Assembly (NCBI RefSeq): GCF_018350175.1
Contig: NC_058368.1
Span: 40,860,001-40,924,000 of the forward strand
Source: Felis catus
Lineage: Eukaryota
Direction of reading: 5' to 3'
DNA length: 64,000 bases
Position 1 is the first letter of the stretch. Every line of letters starts with the position of its first letter. The notes under the pieces were generated by a model, which was not told the origin of the DNA, ran no database searches, and was given only the letters and a program-made list of their open reading frames with translations. Both the position numbers and the translations under genes were made by a program. Below, one piece after another: positions 26,570 to 38,190 of this stretch.

Positions 26570-26800
26570 TTAATTCATATTTACTTAATTTGTCTATTGA
26601 GCCTGGTCTTGAGGATATCATGATAAACAAAAAAGACAGGGGCCCTGCCTCCAGGGAATCTGCCTGACTATGAGGGAGACAGTAAACAAACAACAAGATG
26701 CATATATAAGGAAACAGGATACTTGCAGATCAGTACAAGCCTTTGGGTAGAAGGTAGGTTTTTCTTAGGTAGTGTGCTCAGGAATGGTCATTAATTTCAT
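26570..26800 (-). mobile_element. L2 3' fragment
   Basis: AAACAAAAAAGACAGGGGCCCTGCCTCCAGGGAATCT...GGGAGACAG typical of the antisense L2 3' end. Confidence 0.65.
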
Positions 26801-27044
26801 GGTTAGCAACATACTCTGCATGGATGTCCTGTTCGCTAAATAATTGTGATTTTTCTTATAAGTTCTAGATAAAATTGGCCATAATTCTGTGCAATGCAGA
26901 TCCGAAGTAATTACTTATTCAGTTATAATTTTCAAACAAAGAACTGATAAGATTGTAATGGGGCTTTAATCCCAAAGATCTTTTACTATGTATGTTATAG
27001 GATTGTAATTTTTCCTTTTCTCTTTCTTTTCATTAACAAAATAT

Positions 27045-27544
27045 TGTCAAAGCAAAAAAAATCAGTTTTTAAGAGCTAAGGCTTGTGGTTCAAAGGCCTT
27101 CTGTGTTTGCTAATTGGCTTTACCCAAAAGTAAAGCAACCTTTCTCATAACTTGGTGACAGAATATAGTTTCACAATTTGGAGAAAGGTGCCTGAAATCC
27201 AGCTCCTACTCTCCTACAGATACTGCAAGAAAAAGGTGCTGTCTTCCTTGATGATTACATTTCAAAGCTGTGCCTCCCAGGTCCCTGAGAAAAACATTTC
27301 TGCCTGGTAAAACTGGCAAGAAGCTTTTAAAAAGATTTACATCTCAAAGGAAAGAGAAAAAATTTGCAGTTACAAGTTTTCTGAAGTAAATGATGCTTAA
27401 AGCAAAGGGAGGTCAGAGGCCTTTGTGTTTAGGGGTAGATTCTGTAAAGGTGAAGGATTGGAGAAAGGTCAGAGGCTTACTGGCAGAAAGAAGCTTATCT
27501 AAAGTTTGATCAAGCTGAGGGAAATGTTCAGGCCATTTTGGTCA
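27045..27544 (-). mobile_element. MER67-like ERV1 solo LTR
   Basis: Minus strand begins TGACCAAAATGGCCTGAACATTTCCCTCAGCTTGATCAAACTTTAG and contains GAGATGTAAATCTTTTTAAAAGC; TG...CA ends; TSD ATAT/ATAC. Confidence 0.75.
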
Positions 27545-27972
27545 ATACTTTATCATAAAATGATAATAGGGCTTCATGAATGGGATAGATAGATAAATAG
27601 ATAATAGTATGGATATTTATTATAGATACTATACACATGTAATATATTTTTATACATAGAACAAATAGCATGCAGAATGTAGTATCACCTATGTAATCTA
27701 ATACATACATGAGCATAGTTGACTGTATATACTTATATATATAATAATATTAAAATGGGCTTTTATTCCAAATAGCCCTTAATGTGTTTAACATAGCAAT
27801 ATAATTTTTAACACGTGTATATACATATTCATAATACTAATCAAAGCTTCACTTTTGAAGTGTTCACACCCTTTACCAGCTATTGTTTTAAGTATTTTAA
27901 AGAGCTTAATTATTTTAATACCCTAACATCACAAAATAAATATTATTACATTCATTTTAAAAAGAAAAAACT

Positions 27973-28125
27973 GAGGTGTCTGGCTGGTTCAGTAGGTGGA
28001 GCATGGGACTCTTGATCTTGGGGTTGTGAGTTCAAGCCCTGCATTGGGTATAGAGATTACTTAAAAAAATAAATAAAATCTTTAAATAAATAAATGAATA
28101 AATAAATAATAAATACATAGAAAAA
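27973..28125 (+). mobile_element. Short CAN-SINE subtype lacking the CT tract
   Basis: CTGGCTGGTTCAGTAGGTGGAGCATGGGACTCTTGATCTTGGGGTTGTGAGTTCAAGCCC...GAGATTACTTAAAA plus (TAAA)n tail. Confidence 0.9.
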
Positions 28126-29054
28126 AATTGTGGAATAGAGTCGTTAATGGAAGATCTGTGGATAGGTAACAAAAATGATAAAAACAGATTTTTGTTAACA
28201 GAATTATTTTACTCTGAAGTGGGTGAACATAAACAGGTATCACAACAAATGAATTTTACTCATATTAATTATAGGACTAGAAGAACAACTTCAGATAATT
28301 GAAAATAAAAATCTAAGAATTGCACTTATTTGAAAAAATAATCTAATTTAAATACAGCTAATAGAGCTTTATTACAGTACGTTTGCTGACTAAATCCTAA
28401 ATTTGTGTGTGATAGTGATGAGGAGTCCATGCTTGTCTGTGAGAAAATCATCTGTGTTGACAGAAAAATAAATTACAAAAAAAAATCTCATTCATAAAAC
28501 AATAAATAAAACAATAAAAATTCAATAAAAACAGTAAAAATAAAATCTGTTAAAAAAAACTTCATCTATTAAGCTGTTCCAGTTTTAAACTAATAAATGG
28601 CAAATACCTTAAAACTTGAAAGGATTATCACGCAGTTATGAGTTAGATGTTTTTGCTTTTATTTCATTAAAGGCAGCACTTTACCCCATTAGAGAATCAC
28701 TGATGGCAGTGTTCATACAATATGCTCTTCGTGTTAAACAAAGAAAAGAAAAGAACAACTAGATATAATTTAACAAAGTCATATGGTTTTGAAATATAAT
28801 TAGAAATAGTATAGATTAATACAATTTAAAGAAATCAGTTCTTTACAGAACCACTGATGTGACTAATTTACTTAATCCAAAAGGTTGCCGTTTGCTGCAT
28901 CTCTTGAAAACATCATTAAAATATACTACATTGAATCAGTAAGGAAGTATTTTCATCCTTATAATTCACAGTGAATATATTCTATATTGTAGTCACACTA
29001 ACTGCTTCATATGCAAAATTTTACTTAATCCTTACAACAACTTTCAATGATTTC

Positions 29055-29749
29055 TGTGAAGTTTTGGGGTGATGGTGGGGGGGGGTTGGAGCTGACGGCC
29101 AAGAAAGAATTCTTGAAGATGTCTTGGGTGCAAAAAAGGCGATTTTATTAAAGCACGGGGACAGGGCCCGTGGGCAGAAAGAGCTGCACTGAGGTTGTGA
29201 CGGGTAACTTATTATATACCTTCAGGTTGGGAGAGGGTCGGGGATAGAGTAAGTCTCTAAGAAATTTTGAAAGCAAGGTTTCCAGGACCTTGAGGGGCTA
29301 GCTGTTGCTAGGGAAATGTCATTTATTAGCGTTTAATAAAACTCCAGTCATAAGACCCTTCAGATGTATATCGCAGAGCCATAAGCTTGGAGTCTGATTG
29401 CCAGCATATATCTTGGGGCAGTTGAGATAAAGGAAGTAGACTTACAGGATAACGTTGGGATAATGTTAAGCTGAGATTCTCTTTTGCCCTAGCAAAGTGT
29501 CATCATCCAGGCAGCTAAGGTCCTAGAGGGAGGTCACATTGCCTGTTTCAAGGACTCGTCAATGGGCTGTAGGCAGTAAGAGAATATAATTTTTCATTTG
29601 CCTCATTTGCCCACATCACCGTGGCAAGCACTTAAACCCCTTTTCTTTGTTTTTGGGTAGCCAGGAGTGTCCGAGGAATATCACACATATTCCATCTGGG
29701 TGTGGGGGTGTGCCAGCCTGCCCTCAGTTTGCCCCATGCTTCCTCATCA
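29055..29749 (-). mobile_element. Solo ERV LTR, carnivore-type (copy 2), inserted in a MIR
   Basis: TG...CA termini, perfect 5-bp TSD ATTTC at 29050-29054 and 29750-29754; MIR-like sequence on both flanks. Confidence 0.9.
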
Positions 29750-29853
29750 ATTTCTATATAAGGAACCAGTTCCCTGAAAATGGTTAAATAACTATCCCAG
29801 AGTAATATTAGTAGTAAGTGGTAAGCTAGAGTTTAAAAGAAGGTCTAATTTTA

Positions 29854-30062
29854 TTTTCTTTATCTTATTTTCTTTATTATTTTTTTTTGAGTTTATTATT
29901 GATTTTGAGAGAGACAGAGAGAGTGTTAGCAGGGGAGGGGCAGATGGAGGAAAGACAGAATCCCAAGCAGGCTCCATCGAACTCACAAACCATGAGATCA
30001 TGACCTCATGTGCCCAGATCAACAGTCAGATGCTCAACCGACTGAGCCACCTAGGTGCCTCC
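29854..30062 (-). mobile_element. CAN-SINE with internal deletion
   Basis: Antisense head ACCGACTGAGCCACCTAGGTGCCTCC; TSD AAAAGAAGGTCT(A/T)ATTTTA. Confidence 0.95.
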
Positions 30063-30325
30063 AAAAGAAGGTCTTATTTTAAAACACATACTGTGTTTGG
30101 GACAAGAAAGCACATTGTGGAATAGTGATTGTTTATTAATACAAATGACGATTGCTAGAACTGCTTATTAAAACAAGTAGAGTTAATGTGGATAAAGCAG
30201 ATTAAGATATTTTTATTACCTATGTTTGTTGAATTGATTATTCACCATGACCTTTTGATGTTGTAGTCCTTTCAATACTGTTGTATATGTATCAACTAGA
30301 TTAATTACTACCTATGTGAAAATAT

Positions 30326-30800
30326 TGTGTCTCAACTATTGTTGTATAACAAATCACACCAAAATTTAGTGTCTCAAATTATGATTTTATTTTGCCCCAG
30401 GCTTCCATAATGACTCAACTGGGCAATGGTAACTTGAAGTATTTTACACAGTTGCACTCAGATGTTGATTGGGACTGCAGGCATACAAAAATGGCTCACT
30501 CATTTGTCTGGGGATTAATAGTGACTGTCTGCTGAGAGCTCATTTGGGGCTGTCGATGTGAGTGCCAAAATATGGCCTTCCCAGCCTGACAATCTCAAGG
30601 TGGCCAGACTTCTTACACAATGGCTGCTGCCTCCAGAGTAAGCATCCTAAGGGACATGTTCAGAAGTCACAGATTGTAACTTCTGCTGCTTTCTACTAGG
30701 TACAAGGAAGTCACTAAATTCAAAAAGAAGGGGTACAGACTTCATTTCTTAATGAATGTTATATCAAGGAATTTACAAATATGTTTTAGCACTTCCACTA
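30326..30800 (-). mobile_element. MLT1-type MaLR LTR
   Basis: TATTGTTGTATAACAAATCACACCAAAATTTAGTG...ATGGCTCACTCA...CAGACTTCTTACA...CAGAAGTCACA. Confidence 0.75.
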
Positions 30801-31014
30801 TTATGTTGGAGATATGCAGATAACATGAAATGGGTATTTCCAAATACAATGGGAAAGATCTATAGCTAAAGCATATAATTTATTTTATAACGTATAAATG
30901 ATTTTTCTTATATTTTATTTTGCTTATTTTCCTGTTTGAATGTAAGATATGCTTATTTGCCAACATTTGAAAAATATTTGGAAGAATAATGAGTCTTTAA
31001 AGGATCTAAAGTTT

Positions 31015-31043
31015 GTCCTTGCTTCGGCAGCACATATAGTAAA
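31015..31043 (+). pseudogene. RNU6: 3'-truncated U6 snRNA retrocopy (U6 nt 1-29)
   Basis: GTCCTTGCTTCGGCAGCACATATAGTAAA matches U6 5' end GTGCTCGCTTCGGCAGCACATATACTAAA at 26/29; flanked by TAAAGG(T)ATCTAAAGT direct repeats. Confidence 0.9.
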
Positions 31044-31199
31044 GGTATCTAAAGTCTCCGATTCAAAATAGCTATGTTCTTTTGTGTTTCTTTCTAATTC
31101 TAATATGAAAAAAAGTCTTACTGAGATTAAATTATATAAAATATCATTTAATATGTTTCTCATTTTATGAGTATGCTGCTCAGTTTTTTTTTCTTTTAT

Positions 31200-31498
31200 T
31201 CTCAGTGGCCCCCAGGTATCCAGAGTATGCTGGGCCTCATCTGCACCCCAAGTCGGGCTGCATGGAAACCAATTCCTCAGGAATCCCCTCAGAAAGTGGG
31301 AGCATTGAATACATGCTCTGCTCATGTCTTTCTCCCTCATGGGAGGGCTTGTGGGCTGTATCAGTGTCTGTGTGCAGCATTATGGTGCCCACCTCCTTTT
31401 TGTTCTCACTGGTCTCCATGTATCTAGGGAATTCCTGATCTCCTGGTACTTTTGATGAGGGAGCATAAGGCAAGCTAACAACACCCCTCTCCCCCCCC

Positions 31499-31540
<42 letters not shown>

Positions 31541-32550
31541 AGGTGGGATATGTGACATTTCTAGATGCTCCTGGCTGCCCAAGAACAAAGGAAAAGGGAA
31601 TAACCAATGGCTAACCAATGGAGATCATAGTCATGTAGGATGTGAGTCTCTATCAGTTTACAAATGTCTTAGTAAATTACAGGAAAAAAGTAATCTTATC
31701 AATAGCCTAACCTCCAGAAACCCATAGACTCAATTTCCTGGAGCCCTAACATCACCTTCCCCTCCATGGTGATGTGGGAAACAAAGGCAAGACAAAAATA
31801 TATATAAAATCAAAATTTTTTTTATAACCTGTGGCCCATCGGCAAATATTTGAGACAGGCAGAGTACAACAATCCTTCAGTAAACTGCCAACTGTCTTGT
31901 CTTAATGCCTTACTAGAGAGAAAACAACCTTAGTCTCATAAGAGCAAGGCTTCTGGTATCTTATGAGTCCTCTTTAGCATATGAAAGTCCTTTTGGAAAC
32001 TTTCCTTTTGCCTTTATCTCCCCCAACTGCACAGTATATAATCAGTCACCCATCACACCCCCAGTGCAGCTCTTTCTGCTTATGGGCCCTGTCCCCATGC
32101 TTTAATAGAATCACCAAAGACATCTTTGCACCAAGACGTATTAAGAATTCTTTCTTGGCCATCAGCGCCAGACCCCTTGTCTCACTCCAAAACCACATCA
32201 CTGTGAGCCATGAGACAGAGCTAGTGCTTCAGATAGCCCCCTAAAAATGTCAGAACATTGGATATACAGCCCAAACTTCTCTTTTGCTCCCCAGGAAGAA
32301 GACAGAGTTGTTTTTCTCTTCATCACATGGCACTGTGCCAGAGGGAGGGACTATGGTGAGAGTGTGCCACAGATTTTCCTGCCAGATTCAGTATAACTGG
32401 TTTCAAATTCATCCCAGATGAAAGAACCTTTTAACTCTATTCTAGATTTCTCACAAAAGAAATAGGTCTCTCTATTATTGAATTGGTATCTCCATGGTAG
32501 GGAAGAGGGTTTGTGACTTCTTTTTCCACCATCTTGCTGATGTCACTCTC
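31200..32550 (-). mobile_element. Old L1M 5' UTR / 5' terminus, split by an LTR insertion
   Basis: Ends GATTTCTCACAAAAGAAATAGGTC...GAATTGGTATCTCCATGG...CCACCATCTTGCTGATGTCAC, the antisense L1M 5' end. Confidence 0.7.
31453..32200 (+). mobile_element. Solo ERV LTR (copy 3, related subfamily) with (CA)n in U3
   Basis: TGATGAGG...CCAAAACCACATCA termini; start and R/U5 region match the reverse complement of copies 1 and 2; TATA-like AGTATATAA near 32032; (CA)n at about 31500-31539. Confidence 0.85.
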
Positions 32551-33208
32551 TCATTCTTCAGACTTTAAATTAATCATTCAAAAGATTTTACTGATGATTT
32601 TTTGAATTTTTATTCATTTTTAAGATGACTGATCTGTGTTATTTGAGGTGTTTAGATTATATTGGATATGTTTATCAAAAACTTATTCACTCAATATCTC
32701 CTCTTAATTGATCTATAGTTCTTTATTTAATGTAATTCTTGAAAGTGATATGAACTATTATTGTGTTTTCAAGTCTGTTTCATCATTTGCTCTTTTCTTA
32801 TGCTAGTACCTCTAGCATCTTGTAGTGGTATAATACATCTAATATTAGGTAGAGGTAGTGCTAATCTCTTGTCTTATTTATTTTCCATTACATTTTCTTT
32901 TTTTATCTGCCTTTCTACATGAACTGACCTGCGATAACCAAATATTCAACTGTTTTCTCTTTACATTTTTCACAAAATCTCAGTGCTGCTAATTCACAAA
33001 CACAAATGCTTCTCAGATTAGTATAGCTTTATCTTATCTGAGTTTGAAGTTATCTGTGGGAATCAGCCAAGAACACCTCTTACTTCTTTCCCAGTCAGAT
33101 TATCTCTATTGAAGCAGAAAGTTTCCATTCATGGAAGGTATTTCTTTATCCAGATCCCTTAGTATTTTATTTAGGAGACTATTCCTCTGAAGTTTTAGTA
33201 TATGATAG

Positions 33209-33212
<4 letters not shown>

Positions 33213-33250
<38 letters not shown>
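33213..33250. repeat. (TG)n microsatellite
   Basis: About 19 perfect TG units. Confidence 0.97.
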
Positions 33251-33253
<3 letters not shown>

Positions 33254-34139
33254 ATGTGCTTGAATTCTAGTGATATATTTCCTTTTTCTCTTTATGTCTG
33301 TGTGTATATACATATACGTGAAGTGTTGAGGATTTTTTTAAAAACTTTGTTTGAGTAAGTATAAAAATGATTAGAAGTTGAAGCATAGAACAGTTGAAAA
33401 ATAAATGCAAATAAGATATGATCTCTTCTCTCAGAGGACTCATTCTCTACTGACAGTCCTGACGTGCAAGGAAACAAAGTATTATTGGCAGATAGAACTG
33501 AATATATAAAGTTTATATAAATGGCTAATGTTAGATAGTCATTTTGGTATTTTGGAATAAGTCGGTTGTACCGCTGACCCAGTAATGTTGCAATTAGAAC
33601 ACACCACAAATTATGAAGCCAGAAAAGCTGAGTACAAGAGTAAGATGTCTAGAGATCCCAGGGTGGTGACAAATGATGAAAATCCCTGAATATAGTGACA
33701 TGACTGCTATATTTAAGGTAGTTTTGCAATGACACAAAAATGAAAGAACATTTTTGTAAAGAATAGAATTTAGAAAACAAAATGGAAAATTAAAAATTCA
33801 CTCTTCCTGGGCTAAAGGAGTTACAAATAAGAGCAGTTTTGTCAGCACTTTTTAAAAGATCTTTTACTGTTGTAACACAGTGTTTAAAAAACAATTTGAC
33901 TTGTAAGTTTTGTGACTTAATTACCCTTGCCTTAAAAAATATCCTGGAAATTATCCTGGCACACAGTAATTACATACAAGCAAGATAAATCAGCTAGAAA
34001 TCAGATGGCCATCTCTAAGTGCAATGATTATAGAAAGATTATTATTCTGATGTAGGAAAATTAAAATGTCATATTTAGGGAAGACAAGCAAATGGGAAAG
34101 CTTTATTTTGAGTATAATTTGAAATGGTGAGCCAAAAAT

Positions 34140-34361
34140 GTTTTTTTATTTAAAACATTTTTTTAATGCTTATTTATTTTTGAGAGAGAGACAGAGTGTG
34201 AGTGGGAGAGGAGCAGAGAGAGGGAGACACAGACTCCAAAGCAGGCTCCAGGCTCCCAGCTGTGAGCACAGAGCCTGAGGCAAGGATCGATCTCAAGAAC
34301 TATGAGATCATGACCTGAGCTGAAGTCTAAGGCTTAACCAAGTGAGCCACCCAGGCAGCCC
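34140..34361 (-). mobile_element. CAN-SINE
   Basis: Antisense head TGAGCCACCCAGGCAGCCC; TSD TGAGCCAAAAA. Confidence 0.97.
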
Positions 34362-36308
34362 AATGAGCCAAAAAAATATTTTTAATGGTGCCTATAATTT
34401 AATTGAGTGCTATCTAAGTACGGTTAAGTGGATATTGTTATATGTGTAAGCTATCTGAGGACTCTGTATAGAGTTGTCATGGGCAAAAATACAGTGGTGA
34501 CTTATTATTTCATATGCTTTCTAAGCATATAAAACCAAGATATTCTAGTAGGGAAGAGAATAATCTTTAAAGCTAAAATATATAGGTTTGACATATAGCC
34601 TCTAATACTGTCTACCTACATGACTTAGTTCCCTCTTCTATAAAATAAGGGAAATAGGCACCTAATATATACAGTTATCTTGAGTGTTAAGCCTTATAAA
34701 TAAAATGCTATTAATATTAACTACAATTAATGATAAAACTGGACAATCTCCTCCTAACCAAGCTTTTAATTCCTTAGTTTCTTTTATTTTTTCATTTTAG
34801 TTTACTTTAAGAGTTGTGGGCACTATAAATGGAGTCCAGAATTCATGGACCATAGGACACTTGGTGACTCACCTATTTTGGAGAACTCCAAAGACAACCT
34901 TTAGTTTCCATTGCCAAATGCAAAGTATGAAAATCATTTGATATACACACATGTGTCTGTGTTCAAATTGATTATTTAAATAGGTTTATACTAATTTTTT
35001 ATGATACAAATGTATATAAATGCATACACAAAAGATGTTTTTAGAACAAACAAGGTACTAGATAGAGTTTTAGTTTGGTAAGTCATCTTATTGGGGAAAT
35101 TTTTATATGTGCCACATGGTCAAAATGGAGAGAGAAATCTTGCTAACAATAAATAATTCAAACTCCAAACTCATATAATATGGAATAAAAATCAGGAGTT
35201 TTCTTTAGCTAGCTCTGTTATTTTTCTTATAGAAAACCATCAGAGAGTCTATGGATTTTTCAAATTTTTAGACCAAAAGTTACCACCTGTGTAATCTAAA
35301 CCAGTGCTGTTCTCATAGAACAAAAATAAATAAATAAATAAATTAATTAATTAATTAATTAAAAAAAAAAAAGCCTGGCTTATAAAAGCAAATTAAATAG
35401 GGCCTAACATGTCCCTGGCCCTAGACATAAAAATGCTGAAATCCCATTCCTATAAGTTCAAGACCAAGAACTTTGTAAAATTCATTAACTGCACCCTTCA
35501 CCACATGCATTAGTTGACTTCCTGATTCTTAATTTCATATGACTATTATTTAACTAGACCCATCTTGTTAAACATATTATATATTTAAAAATTGGAACAA
35601 ACTTTACTTACTCCTGTTCAATTTACAAACATGTGTCAGTCCATAACTTTGGTAAGATGTTTCAAACAATAATTTTTTTAAATGCAAACCAAATAAAATT
35701 TGGTTGAGGTAAGTTACCTTAAGTAAAACTTAAAAAAAATTATACTAAGCAAGGACAAAGTTCAGGGATTAACAGATATTCTACTGCCTAGTCATAAAAG
35801 AAGTATTTCACCTCCTCTCACCAAAATGGAAGAACAAAACAGGGCATACAAAATGCCTGTAACGAACATAGTAGTAGAATAATTGCTGCATTTAAGGTCA
35901 GTGCATTCTACAACCAAATACTGAAATTCAGTAAACATCATTGTTGAAAAAAAAATGGTGCTTTTCTCTTCACCTGCTTTATCTATTTTATTTTCTTGAT
36001 TGTTTCCAACAGCTTTTGCACTGCATGAACTATTGTAATGTCACCAACCACACATTTTCGATTTTCCTTAGGCTGTTATTTTATTGGAATGTTTCCTCAA
36101 ATAGGAGAATGACCCCTACAATGATAATTTACATTGACATGTTGCTATTCATTCTGCAAAATGTGGCACAGTGCTAGTGAATTGTGGGTCCTCAGTTAGT
36201 GTTTGTATTACTTAAATAGATGGGGACTAATATTAAGTTATATTCATATAGTAATAATGACATGCACAAGCCAGATATAACCATGCATATTATGTACTAT
36301 ATGATGAA

Positions 36309-36495
36309 CTGCATCTCATTAATTCCAAGATAGATTTTTTTCACACATCTTAAAACCTTAACTTTAAATCTCACAGTTGATATGATTAGGAGGTATTGGG
36401 TAGTATTTTAATTGACATATTTTTGATTGGAAGCTTTTTAACATGATATAAAATAAGGGTGCATTTTACAATTCATGCCATCTTTCATTTCTGGC
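36309..36495. mobile_element. MER104-like TcMar-Tc2 MITE
   Basis: CTGCATCTCATTAATTCCAAGAT...TTTTTTCACA start and TAAAATAAGGGTGCATTTTACAATTCATGCCATCTT end resemble recalled MER104. Confidence 0.55.
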
Positions 36496-36723
36496 AGGTT
36501 CTCCTTTATTAGATAATAAAACATTGTTTATATTTCAGATGTGTGTTTACTTTATAGTGGCAATAATAAACAGGAATATGGGTGCTTCATGAGAGCAAAG
36601 CCAGCTAGACTCCCTCTGTCTGAGTGCACAAAGAGAGTGACAGGTGGTTGCTGGGACCATATTGTGCCTGCAAGGTCCACGTTGATATCAATCATGGAAT
36701 GTTTCATAGAATATGGAGGAACA

Positions 36724-36957
36724 GGGGCGCCTGGGTGGTGCAGTCGGTTAAGCGTCCGACTTCAGCCAGGTCGCGATCTCGCGGTCGGTGAGTTCTAGCC
36801 CCGCGTCAGGCTCTGGGCTGATTGCTCGGAGCCTGGAGCCTGTTTCCGATTCTGTGTCTCCCTCTCTCTCTGCCCCTCGCCCGTTCATGCTCTGCCTTTC
36901 TCTGTCCCAAAAATAAATAAAAACGTTGAAAAAAGGGAAAAAAAATAAAAAAAAAAT
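36724..36957 (+). mobile_element. Young felid SINEC_Fc-type SINE
   Basis: CAGTCGGTTAAGCGTCCGACTTCAGCCAGGTC...TGTTTCCGATTCTG diagnostic motifs, CpGs retained; TSD core AATATGGAG. Confidence 0.97.
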
Positions 36958-37623
36958 AATATGGAGTAAGGAACTCTGGCTACCAGTGACTCTAATTTTT
37001 GTCATTTTTTACTGTCCTAGATGAAATTCTGTTCTTTTTCAGAATTGTCCTGAAATGAAAGATCAAAGTGAGCAAAGATCTCTGTTAATTGGGTAAATAT
37101 TTTAAAGGTAATAATTATAATCATGAGATGATAATGATTATGAAATCTATTTCTTCATCAATCTATGTAACATGTGATTAATGGAAAGAAGACACTATGC
37201 CTCTTTGCTTATGAAGGTGTCTTGGTCTATCTAAGTAAAGAAATCTTTCCCCCAAAAAAAAACAAAAAAAGAAATCTTTCCCTATGCAGAGAATATTAGG
37301 AAGGAAGCTGTTATCTCCTTCCTCTCTTATCTTCACCTCTATAAAGGAATGAAAGGTCTAGAGTCTGATTCCACTGATTTATTAGAGGATCCGCATTTTT
37401 AGACATCAATTAGCATTAAAACACAACACTTCTTTCCTCTCCTTCATTCTTTTTGCTCTTTTCGCTTCATGGATTAATAAAAATCAGGATCTTTCCTTTA
37501 CAAGACAGAGTCATACCTCTCTGTTCATTCTTCTCTCAAAAGAGAATAGGCACAGACTGTTTCCCCAGTCATAATCTAGGCAAGCAAGGCCAGACAGGAG
37601 CTAAGTATTTGGGATCAATCATT

Positions 37624-37698
37624 TATCTCCATCTGTACCAAACCTGAGTGAGAGAGTCAAGTATCTCCATCAGGCCAAACCTCAGTGAGAGAGTCAAG
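37624..37698. repeat. Tandem duplication of a 37-38 bp unit
   Basis: TATCTCCATC...CCAAACCT(G/C)AGTGAGAGAGTCAAG twice, head to tail. Confidence 0.9.
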
Positions 37699-38009
37699 CC
37701 CACAGCCTCATTCTAGGTGCATGTGAACAGGCTTGGAATTTGTTCTGAAAACCCAGTTATCTTGCTCTGTTTTCCTGTATACACATCAGAGATTGCAGAT
37801 CCCATGCCTGAGATTTGCATGGCATCATGAAAATACATTTTTAGCCTTGGTCCTAAATCATAATCTCCACTATAGTTGGCTACTTATAGTTTTCTGTGTA
37901 CTCAGAAGTGAAAGAAAAGTGAAGGGGTGAGCACACCACAAAAATATTAGCAGATGTCCTTACAAAGTACTTATTATTCATTCCTGCATTATAATAAGCC
38001 CCTTAGATA

Positions 38010-38190
38010 CACTGTCTTATGTAATCCACCCAGCATTACTATAAATTAGCCTCTATGTTTACCCTCACTTATGGGAGAAGATCACGGAGCTTCAACATGG
38101 CTAAGTAATTCACTAAGATCTGACAGGTGGCAAATGACACAGTCAGACTTCAAACCACCATCGTTCTGATTCTAGAGCTTAAGTTCTCAC
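38010..38190 (-). mobile_element. MIR fragment
   Basis: GGCTAAGTAATTCACTAAGATC...AAATGACACAGTCAGACTTCAAACC...CTGATTCTAGAGC. Confidence 0.7.

Noticed and set aside
25438..29749. Single provirus bounded by two LTRs
   Set aside because: Each LTR has its own TSD, the two are clearly diverged, and the interior is L2, MER67-like, SINE and unique DNA rather than gag/pol/env.
37043..37067. Possible 25-nt micro-exon (TTTTTCAG...GTGAGC)
   Set aside because: Not frame-preserving, no partner exons identified, and such motifs are common by chance.
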